Source: an uncultured Acidobacteriota bacterium
Lineage (GTDB): Bacteria > Acidobacteriota > Blastocatellia > RBC074
DNA: 64,000 nucleotides
NCBI GenBank assembly: GCA_963796275.1
Contig: CAWCKY010000006.1
Span: 2,528,001 to 2,592,000, forward strand
Reading direction: 5' to 3'
Numbering within the stretch: position 1 is the stretch's first letter; every line of letters begins with the position of its first letter. Below the pieces are notes generated by a model. It did no database searches. It was not told where the DNA came from and saw nothing but the letters and a program-made list of their open reading frames with translations. The position numbers were made by a program, and so were the translations under genes. This document shows positions 51,519-63,291 of the stretch, piece by piece.

Positions 51519-53351
51519 TCACCTTTCGTCGAGAGTTCGATTCAGGTTGTATGCGGCGCTGATGAGCGCCAGATGCGTAAAGGCCTGGGGGAAATTCCCC
51601 AACGCTTCGCCGCTCGGACCGGTCTCCTCCGCATACAGGCCAAGATGGTTCGCATAACCGTGCATTCGCTCGAAGATCAGACGGGCTTCATCCAATCGAG
51701 TCCTGTCCAACCGCCCCGCGCGTGTGAGCGCTTCAACGAGCCAGAAGGTGCATATGTTGAACGTTCCCTCGGCGCCTTCAAGCCCGTCGCTCGTTTCTTT
51801 CAGGTTGTAGCGATAGACCAGGCTGTTAGAGACCAGTCCGCCCTTGTCGGGCGGCTTATTTATCGCGTCGAGAGTCTTCAACATCTTGGGGTCTGAGGGG
51901 GCGAGGAAGAATACCAACGGCATCATCAGGTTTGAGGCGTCCAGAGCCTCGCTCCCGTAATACTGGACAAACGCCTGGCGAGTGGTACTCCAGCCTCTGG
52001 CCATGATCTCTTCATATATCTGGTCGCGGATTTTCAACCACCTTTCCCGGTCGGCAGGGAACGACCGTTTATCGGCCAATCGCAAGCCGCGATCGAGAGC
52101 GACCCAACTCATGAGTTTGGAGTAGACGAAGTGCCGCCGCCCCAGGCGAGTTTCCCATATCCCCTCGTCTTCTCGCCGCCAGTTATCGCCGATCCAATCA
52201 ATCAATCGTCTGAGGTCCGACCAGAACTCTGATGAGATCGGGCTACCGTATTTGTTGGAAAGATAGACCGAATCCATCAGCTCGCCGTAGATGTCCAACT
52301 GCAACTGGTTGTAGGCGCCATTCCCGATACGCACCGGTCGCGAGCCGTTGTAACCTTCCAGATGGTCGAGGGTCTCCTCCGTCAGCGTATGGCGCCCGTC
52401 AATTCCATACATGATTTGCAGGGACCCGTCAGGATCCAGTTCGTGACATCTGGCCTCCACCCAATCCATGAAATTCGCAACCTCATCGGTCAATCCTATC
52501 CGGAGCAGGCTATAGAGCGTGAAGGCGGCATCCCGAATCCAGGTGTATCGGTAATCCCAGTTGCGCACGCCTCCGATCGCTTCCGGCAGACTGCAAGTCG
52601 GCGCCGCGACGATAGCGCCTGTCGGCTCATACGCGAGCAGCTTGAGCGCCAGCGCAGAGCGGTGAACCATCTCGCGCCAGCGGCCGGTGTAAGAGCATTT
52701 CGAGATCCAGCGACGCCAATACTCGACTGTTCGTTTGAAGTCCTCCAGCGACTCTTGCTTGGACAGAGTCAGACCGCAACCGGCTCCGCACGGGATTTCC
52801 CTGAGCAAGAAGACGGCCGTTTCTCCTTCCTGCAGCGCGAATTCAGTGAAGACGCCATTTCCGTCCTGTCTCAAGGGAACGGATGAAGCCAGCCCCAGGC
52901 TGAGTCCCGGCGCATGGAACATCGCTCCTTGCCTGGATATTCTGGTTTCGTGTGTATCACGCGCGTAGTTGAAAGCCGGGTAGCACTCTAACCTCAACAC
53001 AATGCTCCCGCGCGCCATCTCGACACGGCGCACTATTTGACGGCTTCCGGGCGCTGTCATATCCCTGCCGATTGGCATGTAATCGGTGATCTCGGCGACT
53101 CCATCTGGCGACAGGAACCTCGTGATGAGGACGTTCGTCTCCGGCCAATAAAGCTGCTTGTAAGAGGTCACGTCGGTTACGGGCGCGATCTTGAAATACC
53201 CGCCTTTCTTGTCATCCAGGATGGCGGCGAAGACGCTCGGGGAATCGAATCTCGGAAAACAAAACCAGTCAATCGACCCGTTCATCCCCACAAGAGCCAC
53301 TGTTTGAGTGTCCCCGATGACTCCGTAATTTTCTATCGGTTGGTAGGCCAT
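51519..53351 (-). CDS. Glycoside hydrolase family 15 (trehalase/glucoamylase-like)
   Basis: [41 protein letters not shown]. Confidence 0.95.
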   Translation of the reverse strand: MAYQPIENYGVIGDTQTVALVGMNGSIDWFCFPRFDSPSVFAAILDDKKGGYFKIAPVTDVTSYKQLYWPETNVLITRFLSPDGVAEITDYMPIGRDMTAPGSRQIVRRVEMARGSIVLRLECYPAFNYARDTHETRISRQGAMFHAPGLSLGLASSVPLRQDGNGVFTEFALQEGETAVFLLREIPCGAGCGLTLSKQESLEDFKRTVEYWRRWISKCSYTGRWREMVHRSALALKLLAYEPTGAIVAAPTCSLPEAIGGVRNWDYRYTWIRDAAFTLYSLLRIGLTDEVANFMDWVEARCHELDPDGSLQIMYGIDGRHTLTEETLDHLEGYNGSRPVRIGNGAYNQLQLDIYGELMDSVYLSNKYGSPISSEFWSDLRRLIDWIGDNWRREDEGIWETRLGRRHFVYSKLMSWVALDRGLRLADKRSFPADRERWLKIRDQIYEEIMARGWSTTRQAFVQYYGSEALDASNLMMPLVFFLAPSDPKMLKTLDAINKPPDKGGLVSNSLVYRYNLKETSDGLEGAEGTFNICTFWLVEALTRAGRLDRTRLDEARLIFERMHGYANHLGLYAEETGPSGEALGNFPQAFTHLALISAAYNLNRTLDER

Positions 53352-53410
53352 ACCATAATTAAATCACCCAGGTCATAATTCACCAACTCACCAATACGCT
53401 CGATTCGGTC

Positions 53411-53530
53411 TCAACGAACATTGATTTGAACAGCGTTAGTTGCCATCCCCTCAACTGTCAGCGAAACGTCGACATCTCCACGGCCAATCAGATTGCGTTT
53501 CAGGCGCACGTTTATTTGATCCAGACCAAA
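53411..53530 (-). pseudogene. Relic C-terminus of a TIGR03437-type Acidobacterial protein
   Basis: GLDQINVRL...[21 protein letters not shown]. Confidence 0.7.
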
Positions 53531-53878
53531 TATCAGACGAAAAATCCCGATCATTCGCCTGTTTCTTTTCGATTTCGTCTGCTCCGGATGCCCGTTCCGC
53601 ACCATTGCGTCACAAAGTCCTGGTAAGAGCTGCAAATCCAAACTGCCAAGTTAGAGAAGCTGCTTAAAGTCGTGGCATATTACCTTGTCGTTACCCAGAA
53701 TTGGTTATTTTGCAGTCAGCCGGCTGGCGAGACACTCTGTTGATTGTTTAACCTGAGAACGTTATGTTATGGCATCGTCAGGCTATCCGTTTCAGTTGGA
53801 GATGGTTGTCACGGCGAAAGAGCACCGTGCAGCATCTCCGGGTTGTCACAATCCGACTTTCAAATACACTTCGTAGCA

Positions 53879-54150
53879 ATGAGTCGACCGGAAGACCGGA
53901 CCAATAAGCAAGCGAACCAGGCAACTGCATTCCTGGGTACCCGAGGAACACGTCCGTATGCTGGCGCCAGCTGGCACTACGCGGATTATCGAAGATCGCG
54001 TGGGTGCCGAATTAATTATTATTCTCTCCAAACAACCGGGTTGGTCGACCAGCGATCGCGTTCTCGACCTGGGCGCAGGTCCCGGGCAGCTGTCGCTTCT
54101 GGTCGCGCCGTTCGTGGCGGAAGTTGTGGCGATTGAGCCTGAGCAAATGT
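53879..54150 (+). pseudogene. Class I SAM methyltransferase N-terminal relic
   Basis: YAGASWHYADYR, frameshift, then VLDLGAGPGQ..VAIEP; truncated. Confidence 0.75.
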
Positions 54151-54530
54151 TCCGCCGGGACCTCACCCGAATGGCAGACATGAGCCATTTGAAGATATTC
54201 TTATGCGTTCGCCCTTTCCTCATAGAGAGAGGATCGAGAGAATAGTCGAGACGCGATTTTGTCCAACGATCCAATCGCCTATCGGATTCGAGTACACTAT
54301 CTCTCACGTTCTCACCCGACTGGAGGACAATCGCCGGGCTTTCGAGGATGAGGCGCGCGTCCATTGAGCCAGATCGAGGTGGGAAGGGAAATTTCCGTAA
54401 CACGGCGCGACGAGGCATTAATCGGCCGCCGCTGACATATCCTGGCAGAAATGATCGTTTAGCAATTCGATCACACGAGCTGTCCGGCCGATAGCCGTAA
54501 TCAAATTTTCTATCGAAGCGAGAAACAAAA

Positions 54531-57047
54531 ATGAATCGATCACTCCTAAATCGCCCACTATCTTTTTTGTGCGTATGTGCGTTGCTGTTTCCCTCTCCCA
54601 CTTTTGCGCAACAACAATCGTCGCCGAAGAAGTTCGAGCTGACCGTGGACGGGATTATGCGCGGCCCCGATTTGGTCGGATACGAGCCGACTCGCGTCTA
54701 TTGGTCACAGGACGGGCAGCGTGTTTATTTCCGCTGGAAGCGCGCGGGCGAGGCCCGGTTGAAAGAGCCTGATCTGTACGTCGTCAACCGCGACGGGAGC
54801 GGTCTGCGTAAACTTTCAGAGGACGATGCTAAGCAGGCGCCGCCGCTCACGGGAGATATATCGAAGGACAAGACGATGACGGTCTACGCCGAAGAAGGCG
54901 ACATTTTCATATACGCCCACGTGAAGGGCGAGCGCCGCCAGATCACCAGCACGATTGACGGCGAAACCAGCCCGCGATTCACGAAAGACCAGAAATATAT
55001 CGTCTTCACAAGGCAGAACAATCTTTACCGGATGGCGCTCGACGGTGGGCAATTAACTCAACTCACGGACGTTCGCACAGGCGGCGCGCCGACGGAATCC
55101 ACGCCGCAACGCGGTTTCGTGGGGCAGCGTCAGCAGGGCGGAGCTGGGGGCGGGTCAACATCGCAGCAACGCGGCAATGAAAGCCAGGAATTCATCAAGA
55201 AGGAAGAGCGCGAATTGATAGAGGCCGTCCGCGAGCGCGCCCAGAACCGTGAAGAGCAGGAAACCAAACGCAAACAACGCGAGAAGCGCAAGCCCTTCAC
55301 TCCACCCGCCGGTCAATCGGTTGCCAACCTGCAACTCTCGCCCGACGGCAAGTATGTTCTCGCTTCAGTAATCCAGCGGCCGTCAGGAGCGAAGAACACC
55401 ATCGTGCCGGCCTATGTCACCGAGACGGCTTATACAGAAGACATTCCCAGCCGCAATAAGGTGGGCGACGAGCAGAATCGCACGCGATTGGCAATCATTT
55501 CGGTCGAGACTGGAGAAGTGATCTGGGTCGATCACGGACAGAAGCAGCCGCAGCCGGAGCAGCGCCAGGTGCAGCCACCGTCACCGTCTTCGGAATCGCA
55601 GGGCGCGGCGCAGGGTTCGGCTCAGCGCGCGCAGGAGCGCGAACGCAATGTACAGCTTCTCAATCCGCAATGGTCGGAGGATGGCAACAACGCCGTCGCG
55701 TTCGCGCGCTCGGCTGACAATAAGGATCGCTGGGCGCTGCTGATCGATCCGGCGACGGGAAAGACCAAAGTTCTGGATCATCAACACGACGACGCCTGGG
55801 TCGGTGGGCCGGGCGCATTCACGCTAGGCTGGCTCGGCGACGACAAGACCGTCTACTTTCAATCCGAAAGAGACGGATGGTCACATCTCTACAGCGCCTC
55901 GATCGACGGTGAGACGCCTAAGCAGTTGACATCGGGTCGGTTTGAAGTCTCCGACGTGAATCTTTCGGAAGACAAAGCGAAATTCTATTTCACTTCGAGC
56001 GAGGGCGATCTGGGACAACGCCACCTATATTCAATGCCCGCGAACGGCGGCGCGCGCACGCGCATCACCACGATGCCGGGAAACAATCAGGCGACGATAT
56101 CGCCGGACGAAACAACGCTCGCCATCGTGCGGTCGTACAGCAACCGGCCGCCCGAGCTTTACATCGCGCCCAACAAACCCAACGCTTCAGCGAGCGAGAT
56201 CAAACAGGTTACGACTTCACCGATTGACGAGTTCTTTGGTTACAACTGGATTGATCCGCCCGTCGTCACATTCAAAGCGAAAGATGGGGCGGAAGTTCCG
56301 GCGCGGCTCTACAAGCCGATGAAATGGCAGAAGGGCGGTCCGGCCGTGCTCTTCGTTCACGGTGCGGGTTATCTGCAGAATGTCCACAAGTGGTGGAGCA
56401 GATATTACCGCGAATACATGTTCCACCACCTGCTGATGGATCGCGGTTTCATGGTGATGGACGTGGATTACCGGGCTTCGGCGGGCTACGGCCGCGATTG
56501 GCGTACGGCAATATATCGCCACATGGGTGGCAAGGATTTGAGCGACCACGTCGACGCCGTTAAATATCTGGTGGCCGAGCACGGCGTTGACCCGAAGCGC
56601 GTGGGCATTTACGGAGGAAGCTACGGCGGCTTTATCACTCTCATGGCGATGTTCACCGAACCTGAAGTCTTCGCCGCCGGCGCTGCGCTGCGTCCCGTCA
56701 CCGATTGGGCGCATTACAATCACGGTTACACCTCGAACATCCTCAACATGCCGCAGGGCGACGCCGAAGCTTACAAGCGCAGCTCTCCGATCTATTTTGC
56801 CGATGGGTTGAAAGGCGCCCTGCTGATATGCCACGGAATGGTCGACGTCAACGTACATTTCCAGGACACTGTGCGGCTAGCTCAACGCCTGATCGAATTG
56901 CGAAAAGAGAATTGGGAACTGGCCGCCTACCCAGTCGAGGATCACGGCTTCGAGCGCGCTTCAAGCTGGGCCGATGAATACAAGCGGATTTTGAAGCTGT
57001 TTGAAACGGCCCTGAGACCAACAAACAAGACGCCGGCGAAAAAGTGA
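54531..57047 (+). CDS. S9 family peptidase (DPP-IV / prolyl oligopeptidase)
   Basis: Signal peptide, propeller repeats, HGAGY, GGSYGG, HGMVDVNV, EDHGF catalytic triad. Confidence 0.95.
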   Translation: MNRSLLNRPLSFLCVCALLFPSPTFAQQQSSPKKFELTVDGIMRGPDLVGYEPTRVYWSQDGQRVYFRWKRAGEARLKEPDLYVVNRDGSGLRKLSEDDAKQAPPLTGDISKDKTMTVYAEEGDIFIYAHVKGERRQITSTIDGETSPRFTKDQKYIVFTRQNNLYRMALDGGQLTQLTDVRTGGAPTESTPQRGFVGQRQQGGAGGGSTSQQRGNESQEFIKKEERELIEAVRERAQNREEQETKRKQREKRKPFTPPAGQSVANLQLSPDGKYVLASVIQRPSGAKNTIVPAYVTETAYTEDIPSRNKVGDEQNRTRLAIISVETGEVIWVDHGQKQPQPEQRQVQPPSPSSESQGAAQGSAQRAQERERNVQLLNPQWSEDGNNAVAFARSADNKDRWALLIDPATGKTKVLDHQHDDAWVGGPGAFTLGWLGDDKTVYFQSERDGWSHLYSASIDGETPKQLTSGRFEVSDVNLSEDKAKFYFTSSEGDLGQRHLYSMPANGGARTRITTMPGNNQATISPDETTLAIVRSYSNRPPELYIAPNKPNASASEIKQVTTSPIDEFFGYNWIDPPVVTFKAKDGAEVPARLYKPMKWQKGGPAVLFVHGAGYLQNVHKWWSRYYREYMFHHLLMDRGFMVMDVDYRASAGYGRDWRTAIYRHMGGKDLSDHVDAVKYLVAEHGVDPKRVGIYGGSYGGFITLMAMFTEPEVFAAGAALRPVTDWAHYNHGYTSNILNMPQGDAEAYKRSSPIYFADGLKGALLICHGMVDVNVHFQDTVRLAQRLIELRKENWELAAYPVEDHGFERASSWADEYKRILKLFETALRPTNKTPAKK

Positions 57048-57729
57048 TCGTTTTTTGTCGTGAGATCTCGCTCCAAGGAGAAGAATGAAAAAGAGGTTCT
57101 GGTGCAATTTTTAGTGAAACGCGGACTGAGCCAATTTTCAACTTCTCCTTACGCGGCAATCACCGCTCCCATAATTGCAGGATCACATATCCACCAGGCA
57201 GATGATCTCCGATGTGTCGAACTGCCTTTGATTTTGTATGTCAACTCGATTCCACTCAAAGGTACTTGCGCATTCACGACGTCCTAAACCCCAGCACTGG
57301 GTAACACTCCGCTTCACCTTCCGGATACCAGATCGAGGTCGCGACCAAGTTTGCGGCAGTCTCCAAAAGCCATCTTCGTCGATCGGTGAAACTATCTCGA
57401 TGAGAAGCCACTGGGCACCTCTCTACTAACTGTGGGAGTATCGGCGGTTGCCCAGGGTCCTTCAGGGAACAAAACAGTTAGAGGCGACGTCTACTAGCTA
57501 AACACGGGAGAGCATAAAAGCCTGCCGGTACTCTACAACAGATTTGTTTGAATATCTCGATAAGCGGCCGCGGGATTGCAAGGCGATATTTATCAATGCA
57601 TTGCAAGTCCCCTTCGGGTGATTGGTTGAGATGATCGACGTTGTGGAAAAGGCTGGGCGCAGTCCATCGGTCTTCATAACGAAGGGCTCGATCAATGAAT
57701 CGAGTCAGAACATTTGGGGTCAGGAAAAT

Positions 57730-58589
57730 ATGAAACTCTTGCGAAATATATCAACCTTATTCATCTTCGGCGGGATCGTGGGGTGTGCGCTGTTCAACTC
57801 CAGCTGCACTTACGCGCACAAAGTTCTCGCCAAAGACAAGCTCAACCAGGGCGTCATTGCCTTCAACGGAGGGAACAGGGATGCGGCTAAGACTTTCTTC
57901 CTGGATGCTATCGATTACGATCCTGACAATGCGGTTGCCCAGCTCTACTACGGCGCCGCCGTGGTCAGAGATTATCGGGAGCAGGAGGAGAACGTGGAGA
58001 AGAAGAAAGAGATCGCGAGTCATGCGCTCCAGATATTCGAGAAGGCCCTCGCTCTCTCCGGCAGCAACTGCGCGAACAAGGACAATGCCATCAGCAATAT
58101 CGCGATGATCTACGATGATCTGAACGAAACTGACTCCTGGCGTACGTGGATGCTGAGGCGCGTCGAAGATTCATGCTCTCCCAAAGAGGCCAAGGTCGAG
58201 GGTTATAACGCGATAGCGAGAAGATACTTCGACTGTTCTCAGGCCCAGACCAATCGCTATTCGGATAAGGCGAAGCTCGCGGCCGGCGATTACTGGCATT
58301 ACCGCGACATGGATTATCCAGCGGCCCTGCCGGATAAGAGAAAAGCGGACGATTGCGTCACCAGAGGCTGGAGTATATAGAGAAGGGCTTACAGGAAGAC
58401 CCCGAGAATGCGAATTTACTGATCTATAAGGGCCTGTTTTATCGTGAACAACAGATGATGACCAAGGACCCGATGAAACGCAAAGAACTGGATCGGATGG
58501 CATTGCAAGTTTACGACCAGGCGGTTGAGATGCAGAAGAAGAAAGAGATTGAACGGAAACAGAAAAAAGATTCTAAAACCAAAAAATGA
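57730..58589 (+). CDS. TPR-containing exported protein with frameshift near 58365
   Basis: Hydrophobic N-terminus, LNQGV..F and helical TPR pattern; one added base gives CVTRGLEYIEKGL... Confidence 0.75.
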
Positions 58590-58869
58590 CAGGAAACAAC
58601 GCTATAACAAATGCCTCATACTTTCTGGAAGCGCTCGAGAACGGCAAAGCTGCGTGCTCAAAGATTCACAGGTTAATGATCAGTTGTTTGCGATACGCGA
58701 AAGAGCAATCGTAAAAATCTCAGCCCACCGCAATCCAAAAGAGAACTGGAGTTATCAAAATCGCGAAAGAATACCCATCCTTAGCGAGAATCTGGGCGAG
58801 CTTGGCCGAGACGAATTTCGCATCGTGGTGCTTCGTCCACGATTAATCGTCTGGTGCATCCTGTTAATC

Positions 58870-59454
58870 AATCTAGGCGAGTTGTCTCAAGCGGCGCCCC
58901 CCTCCAGCAGCTTTATTGGTTGAGATGTTTCGGGGGGAGATTACAATGAGTTGTAATGGGATCATATCCAGGCGGAGCACACCTGAATTCTGCCCATTTC
59001 TGCATGGGTTCATGACAATGGACATGGACGAGAGATGGGCGAACCGATCCCCGAAAGTCATGCTTGAGACGTTCCACTAGTTCCGCGGAGAAGGTTTCAG
59101 CATGATCATCGAAGACATCCTTCGCCTGCCCACGGAACCTGGTGTAATCGCCGAGGGCTTCCGACTTTTGCCACACCTCGTAAAGCCGCTCCTCTCCATT
59201 CATAGTCACGCCGTCTGGCTCCTCCCGAGTACCGTTCGGCAGTGATGGATACTCGGGGGAGGCCGAAATGGGGGTTCCTCGGGAAAACGAGCGACCCTGA
59301 GCGGGCCCTCCGCAACTTGCTTGAGCGCGATGCCATGTTCACCCAACGCCTCTACGAGGAAGCAAAGGGTCTGAAACTGAAGACCATCGAGGTTAACACC
59401 ACCATGGCTGAGGATGCTCTGGCCAGACGAGTGACGGAAGCGTTTGGTCTGTAG
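58870..59454 (+). pseudogene. Decayed conserved hypothetical (P-loop-like) gene
   Basis: MDMDERWANRSP..ETFH*FRGEGF..EGFRLLPHLVKP..AVWLLP / KTSDPERALRNLLERD, with stops and frameshifts. Confidence 0.6.
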
Positions 59455-59621
59455 TTAAAAACCACAAGCCCGAACCGATCCCTGATCAAGCGCTGATCGT
59501 GAGTAGTCGTTCTGCGTGTGCATCCAGGCGACGAACTACCGGGCAGACAAAGATGATCCATATTCCTTCCCTTACGACTGGGCGCAGCACTCCCTCGTGC
59601 CTCATTTTTAACTTTTTTCTG

Positions 59622-59685
59622 TTGACTCGGCCTCGACTCTCGCGGTATAAATTTGAACGTGTTCAGATAAAAATGAACATGTTCG
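59622..59685 (+). promoter_or_regulatory. Promoter with tandem palindromic operators (probable TetR sites)
   Basis: TTGACT-18-TATAAA, then TGAACGTGTTCA (59654) and TGAACATGTTCG (59674). Confidence 0.6.
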
Positions 59686-59896
59686 GAAAACAGAGTTCGC
59701 CGCACATAGATCGAAATAGCTGCATCGTGTTCACCAGGAGTGTCGGCGAGTAATCCCTGGCAAACTGATACGGCGTTTGTGCGATCGGATTCAGCGCCCG
59801 GCCTGACGCCGACGGCGCGCTGCTTCGTCATGAAGAATTTGAGCCTGCGATTCAGATTCGGATATCAAGCCGCCACAGGCAGAGAGGCGTTGAGTC

Positions 59897-60604
59897 TTGC
59901 GGAAGAAACCGTTGCACAAGAAAGCGCTGACCGTCGAGTCGGGAGGAGCGGGCAGCAAGGGCGAGCAGACCAGGTCGTTGATTCTGGAGACGGCGTTGGA
60001 GCTGTTCGGCGAGCGCGGGTATGAGGAGACCACTATGCGCGCCATCGCCGAGAAGGGCGGAGTTGCGCTCGGCAATACCTACTACCACTTTCGTTCCAAG
60101 GAGCATCTGATACAGGCCTACTATGAACGAATGCACGAGATTCACTCAGAAAGCTGCACCGAGTTGTTGAAAAAGGAGCGCACGCTGAAAAGCCGTCTGC
60201 TCGGCGTGATGGAGCAAATTCTGAAAAACATGGCGCCGTACCATCAGTTCGCCGGGATTCTCTTCAAGACGGCCGCAGATCCGCAAAGTCCCCTCAATCC
60301 GTTCAGCCCCGAATCGGAACAGACTCGCCGCGCCAGCATAGAATTATTCGCTGAAGTAATAAGTGGGGCCAGGACAAGGATTCCAACCGATCTCGAAGCG
60401 GAATTGCCGGCACTTCTCTGGCTTTACCACATGGGCATTGTGCTGTTCTGGATTCACGACGATTCACCCGGGCAGGGCAGAACGCGCCGGTTGATGGAAC
60501 AAACGGTCGAGATTGTGGTGAGACTGATTCAATTGGCGAGCCTGCCGCTGATGAGGCCGTTGCGGAAATCGATTTTGAAAATGCTGGCCGATTCGCGCGC
60601 ATAA
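59897..60604 (+). CDS. TetR family transcriptional regulator
   Basis: ILETALELFGERGYEETTMRAIA..GNTYYHFRSKE; PLNPFS; start codon uncertain. Confidence 0.93.
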   Translation: MRKKPLHKKALTVESGGAGSKGEQTRSLILETALELFGERGYEETTMRAIAEKGGVALGNTYYHFRSKEHLIQAYYERMHEIHSESCTELLKKERTLKSRLLGVMEQILKNMAPYHQFAGILFKTAADPQSPLNPFSPESEQTRRASIELFAEVISGARTRIPTDLEAELPALLWLYHMGIVLFWIHDDSPGQGRTRRLMEQTVEIVVRLIQLASLPLMRPLRKSILKMLADSRA

Positions 60605-60736
60605 ATGTCATTTGTATTTTTTCTACAATGAGAATTGAACATGGGTATTAGTCGTCTGTGTCGTCACGACTAATGTTGTCAATACGTCACATAACGAATA
60701 AAACGTAACTACGCGGGTTTTCATAAGGAGATCATT

Positions 60737-61417
60737 ATGGCTTTGATGTCCCGTAAAGTTTTCTCAGCCGTTCACGTGTTCAGCATCGTTTTGTCACTCG
60801 TCTCCTCTCCCTTGGCGCAAATGCCACGCAGTCTCCTCGGAATCCACCAAACGACGGCGCAGGAGCCGCAGGGGACTGAGGAAGAGAAGAAGGCCGCAGA
60901 GGAGCTTGAGAAGAAGGCGATGGCTCTGATCGACGAACTGGTCGCCGAAGCGATGTCTTTGAGGCTGGCGGAGAATCGAGTCTATTTTCTAACCGAATTG
61001 TCGGACGGTTTGTGGGCGCGAGATGAAGGGCGGGCGCGGGATCTCGTCCGCCAGGCGATGGATCAGGTCGTTGCCTATATGCGCGAAATGAAAAAGTCGA
61101 CGGAGGCAGACTGGGAGCGCTTCGATACGCGTTCCCACCACCATATGGTGTCGTATCTACTGGCGAAACGGGACGCCAAATTAACGTTGGCTTTCCTGCA
61201 ACAGACCCGCCCGTGGTGGCCGAAGGAACGACAGCGACAGAAGAAGTATCTGGGATTGAGCCTGGCCTCTCAGATCGCTGAGAGATATCCACTGACAGCT
61301 TTGCGGATCGCCGAGGTAACGGACGATACGAGCGAGACCTGGCGTAGCAGAAAGCCGGTCGGAGAGAGGTCTGACGAGTTCAAGGAAGGCGAAGCGGTGA
61401 TGGAAATCCGGCAGTAG
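60737..61417 (+). CDS. Secreted helical hypothetical protein, probably truncated
   Basis: AAGGAG RBS, signal peptide, ELEKKA..L.L.ENR..LW..DE.RAR pattern; C-terminus looks eroded. Confidence 0.6.
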   Translation: MALMSRKVFSAVHVFSIVLSLVSSPLAQMPRSLLGIHQTTAQEPQGTEEEKKAAEELEKKAMALIDELVAEAMSLRLAENRVYFLTELSDGLWARDEGRARDLVRQAMDQVVAYMREMKKSTEADWERFDTRSHHHMVSYLLAKRDAKLTLAFLQQTRPWWPKERQRQKKYLGLSLASQIAERYPLTALRIAEVTDDTSETWRSRKPVGERSDEFKEGEAVMEIRQ

Positions 61418-61437
61418 CATCCGCAGGAGAGCATCAG

Positions 61438-63291
61438 ATGGGCGGCATTTATGACGAATTCGCACAGGAGATGGCGGGCTGGCGGCGCCGGTATGTCAAC
61501 CGGCCGCGGCAGGAGCTTATTCACCTTCTCCTCCTCGCACTGGAGCGCGAAGAACTAGTCACAATCGGCTATCGCGAGGACATGATCCTCCGCCGGCTGG
61601 CCGCGATGCCGATCTCAGACGAAATTCGAGAGCTGATTCACCGCGCGCTCATCTGGGTGTGGAAGGATGAAGAGATGCATGCGATCTACCTGCGCGGCGC
61701 CCTCTTCAAATTCGGGAACCGGCGCCTGCAAGCGCTCGCGCTGCTGCGGCAGATGGCGGGCGCCATCGGCGGCTGGTCAGCTTCAGTGCGGCAACATGTC
61801 CGGTGGAACGAGGCTCCCATCTCGCGCTCGCTCGCGACGATCGCCACGTGGTGTGGCTCGCTCGCCGGACGAGTTCCGCGCCACGTCGGCCAGCACCTAG
61901 ATTATCGTTCATTGCGCGACTATTGCCTCTTTAACATCGACGCCGAGCGCACCGCGTGGCTCTGTTTCGGACATCTGGTTGAACTCTTGCAATCCGAGCC
62001 CGACCTGCCGCCTACCTATTCCGATGACTTCCGTCGTATCCAGGCCGACGAAGCCCGCCACCAGGCGATCTTCGAAATCTTCGCCGCCGCGTTTGATGAC
62101 GCAAACCGGCTTGTCGCGGGGGAGACGGCAGAAAGTCTGGCGCAGAAAATCGGCGAGGTGGGCGATTTCTTTTTGCCGCGATTGCGGCGGAGTGAGGCGG
62201 CGGACAGTCCGCTTGGCAATGGTGGGTGCGTGTGGGTCGTGCAAGGCACGAAGATGGCAGATAAACTGCCGCTCTTTCGCCGCGTGCTTGATGAAAGTGG
62301 CTTGGGGCATCTGCTCAAAGCGCGTGCCCGCCTGCTCGGCAAACAGGTGCGTGATCTGCATATCGGGATCAAGGTGGCGTTTATGTTCGGCTACCATCGC
62401 CAGGATCTAGCGATGATCACCGATCCGGAGTTGATCGAGGAACTGGCGCGCTATCTCGCCGCGCAGGGTTGCACTGAGTTCGCTGTCGTCGAGGGACGCA
62501 ACGTCTACGATAAATTTTACCAGAATCGGACTGTCCCTGAGGTCGCACGCTATTTCGGGATCGACTCGCCGCACTTTCGCGTCGTGGATCTTTCCGAAGA
62601 GCAAGTGCCGCACGCCTACTTTCGCGGTCTGGCGCAGTACACAGTCGGGCGGGCGTGGAAGGAGGCAGACTTCCGAATCACATTCGGTAAAATGCGCAGC
62701 CATCCGGTTGATCTGGCATATTTGACCCTCGGCAACTTGGAATGGATCGGCGCGCGTTGCGACGAGTTAGCTTTTGCCGAACGACAAGCGCATCGCGAGA
62801 CGGCGATCATGATGCTCCTCGATGCATTCCCGCCCCACTTCGCGTTGCTCGATGGCTATGAACTGGCGGCGGACGGGTTGGTGGGCTTCATGGGTTGTCC
62901 GCATCCGCCATCGCCGAAGCGTTTCTATGCCGGCGCCGATGCGCTTGCCGTCGATCTGGTGGCGGCGCGGCATCTGGGCCTGAAAAATCCTCGCGAGTCG
63001 AGTACGCTCCGTGCGGCTGGTCACTGGCTCGGTGGCGTGGACGGGCAGATTGAAGTCATCGGGATTGATGAACCGGTGGCCGACTGGCGCAGTCCGTACC
63101 GCAACGATCTATCTACCCTGCTGAGCTTAGTCTCCTTTCCGGTTTATGTTTTTGGAGGCGGGCGCGGCGCCCTGTTTATTCCCGAAATGGATGAGCAGGC
63201 ATTCCCGCCGATCATTCGCCCAGACCTGCTGCTGCGGCTAAGGCGCCGCGGCGTGCAGGCGCTGCTTGGGCTGCGGCAGGAGAAAAAGTGA
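61438..63291 (+). CDS. Ferritin-like diiron domain fused to DUF362-like domain
   Basis: ERE..., DEEMH, AER, DEARH (E/ExxH twice); C-terminal half IK...TDPEL..VVEG..KMRSH..LTLGN..LLDG..DALAVD. Confidence 0.8.
   Translation: MGGIYDEFAQEMAGWRRRYVNRPRQELIHLLLLALEREELVTIGYREDMILRRLAAMPISDEIRELIHRALIWVWKDEEMHAIYLRGALFKFGNRRLQALALLRQMAGAIGGWSASVRQHVRWNEAPISRSLATIATWCGSLAGRVPRHVGQHLDYRSLRDYCLFNIDAERTAWLCFGHLVELLQSEPDLPPTYSDDFRRIQADEARHQAIFEIFAAAFDDANRLVAGETAESLAQKIGEVGDFFLPRLRRSEAADSPLGNGGCVWVVQGTKMADKLPLFRRVLDESGLGHLLKARARLLGKQVRDLHIGIKVAFMFGYHRQDLAMITDPELIEELARYLAAQGCTEFAVVEGRNVYDKFYQNRTVPEVARYFGIDSPHFRVVDLSEEQVPHAYFRGLAQYTVGRAWKEADFRITFGKMRSHPVDLAYLTLGNLEWIGARCDELAFAERQAHRETAIMMLLDAFPPHFALLDGYELAADGLVGFMGCPHPPSPKRFYAGADALAVDLVAARHLGLKNPRESSTLRAAGHWLGGVDGQIEVIGIDEPVADWRSPYRNDLSTLLSLVSFPVYVFGGGRGALFIPEMDEQAFPPIIRPDLLLRLRRRGVQALLGLRQEKK

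Noticed and set aside
57103-57130. IS-end-like sequence TTTTAGTGAAACGCGGACTGAG
   Set aside because: No partner end or transposase found in the window
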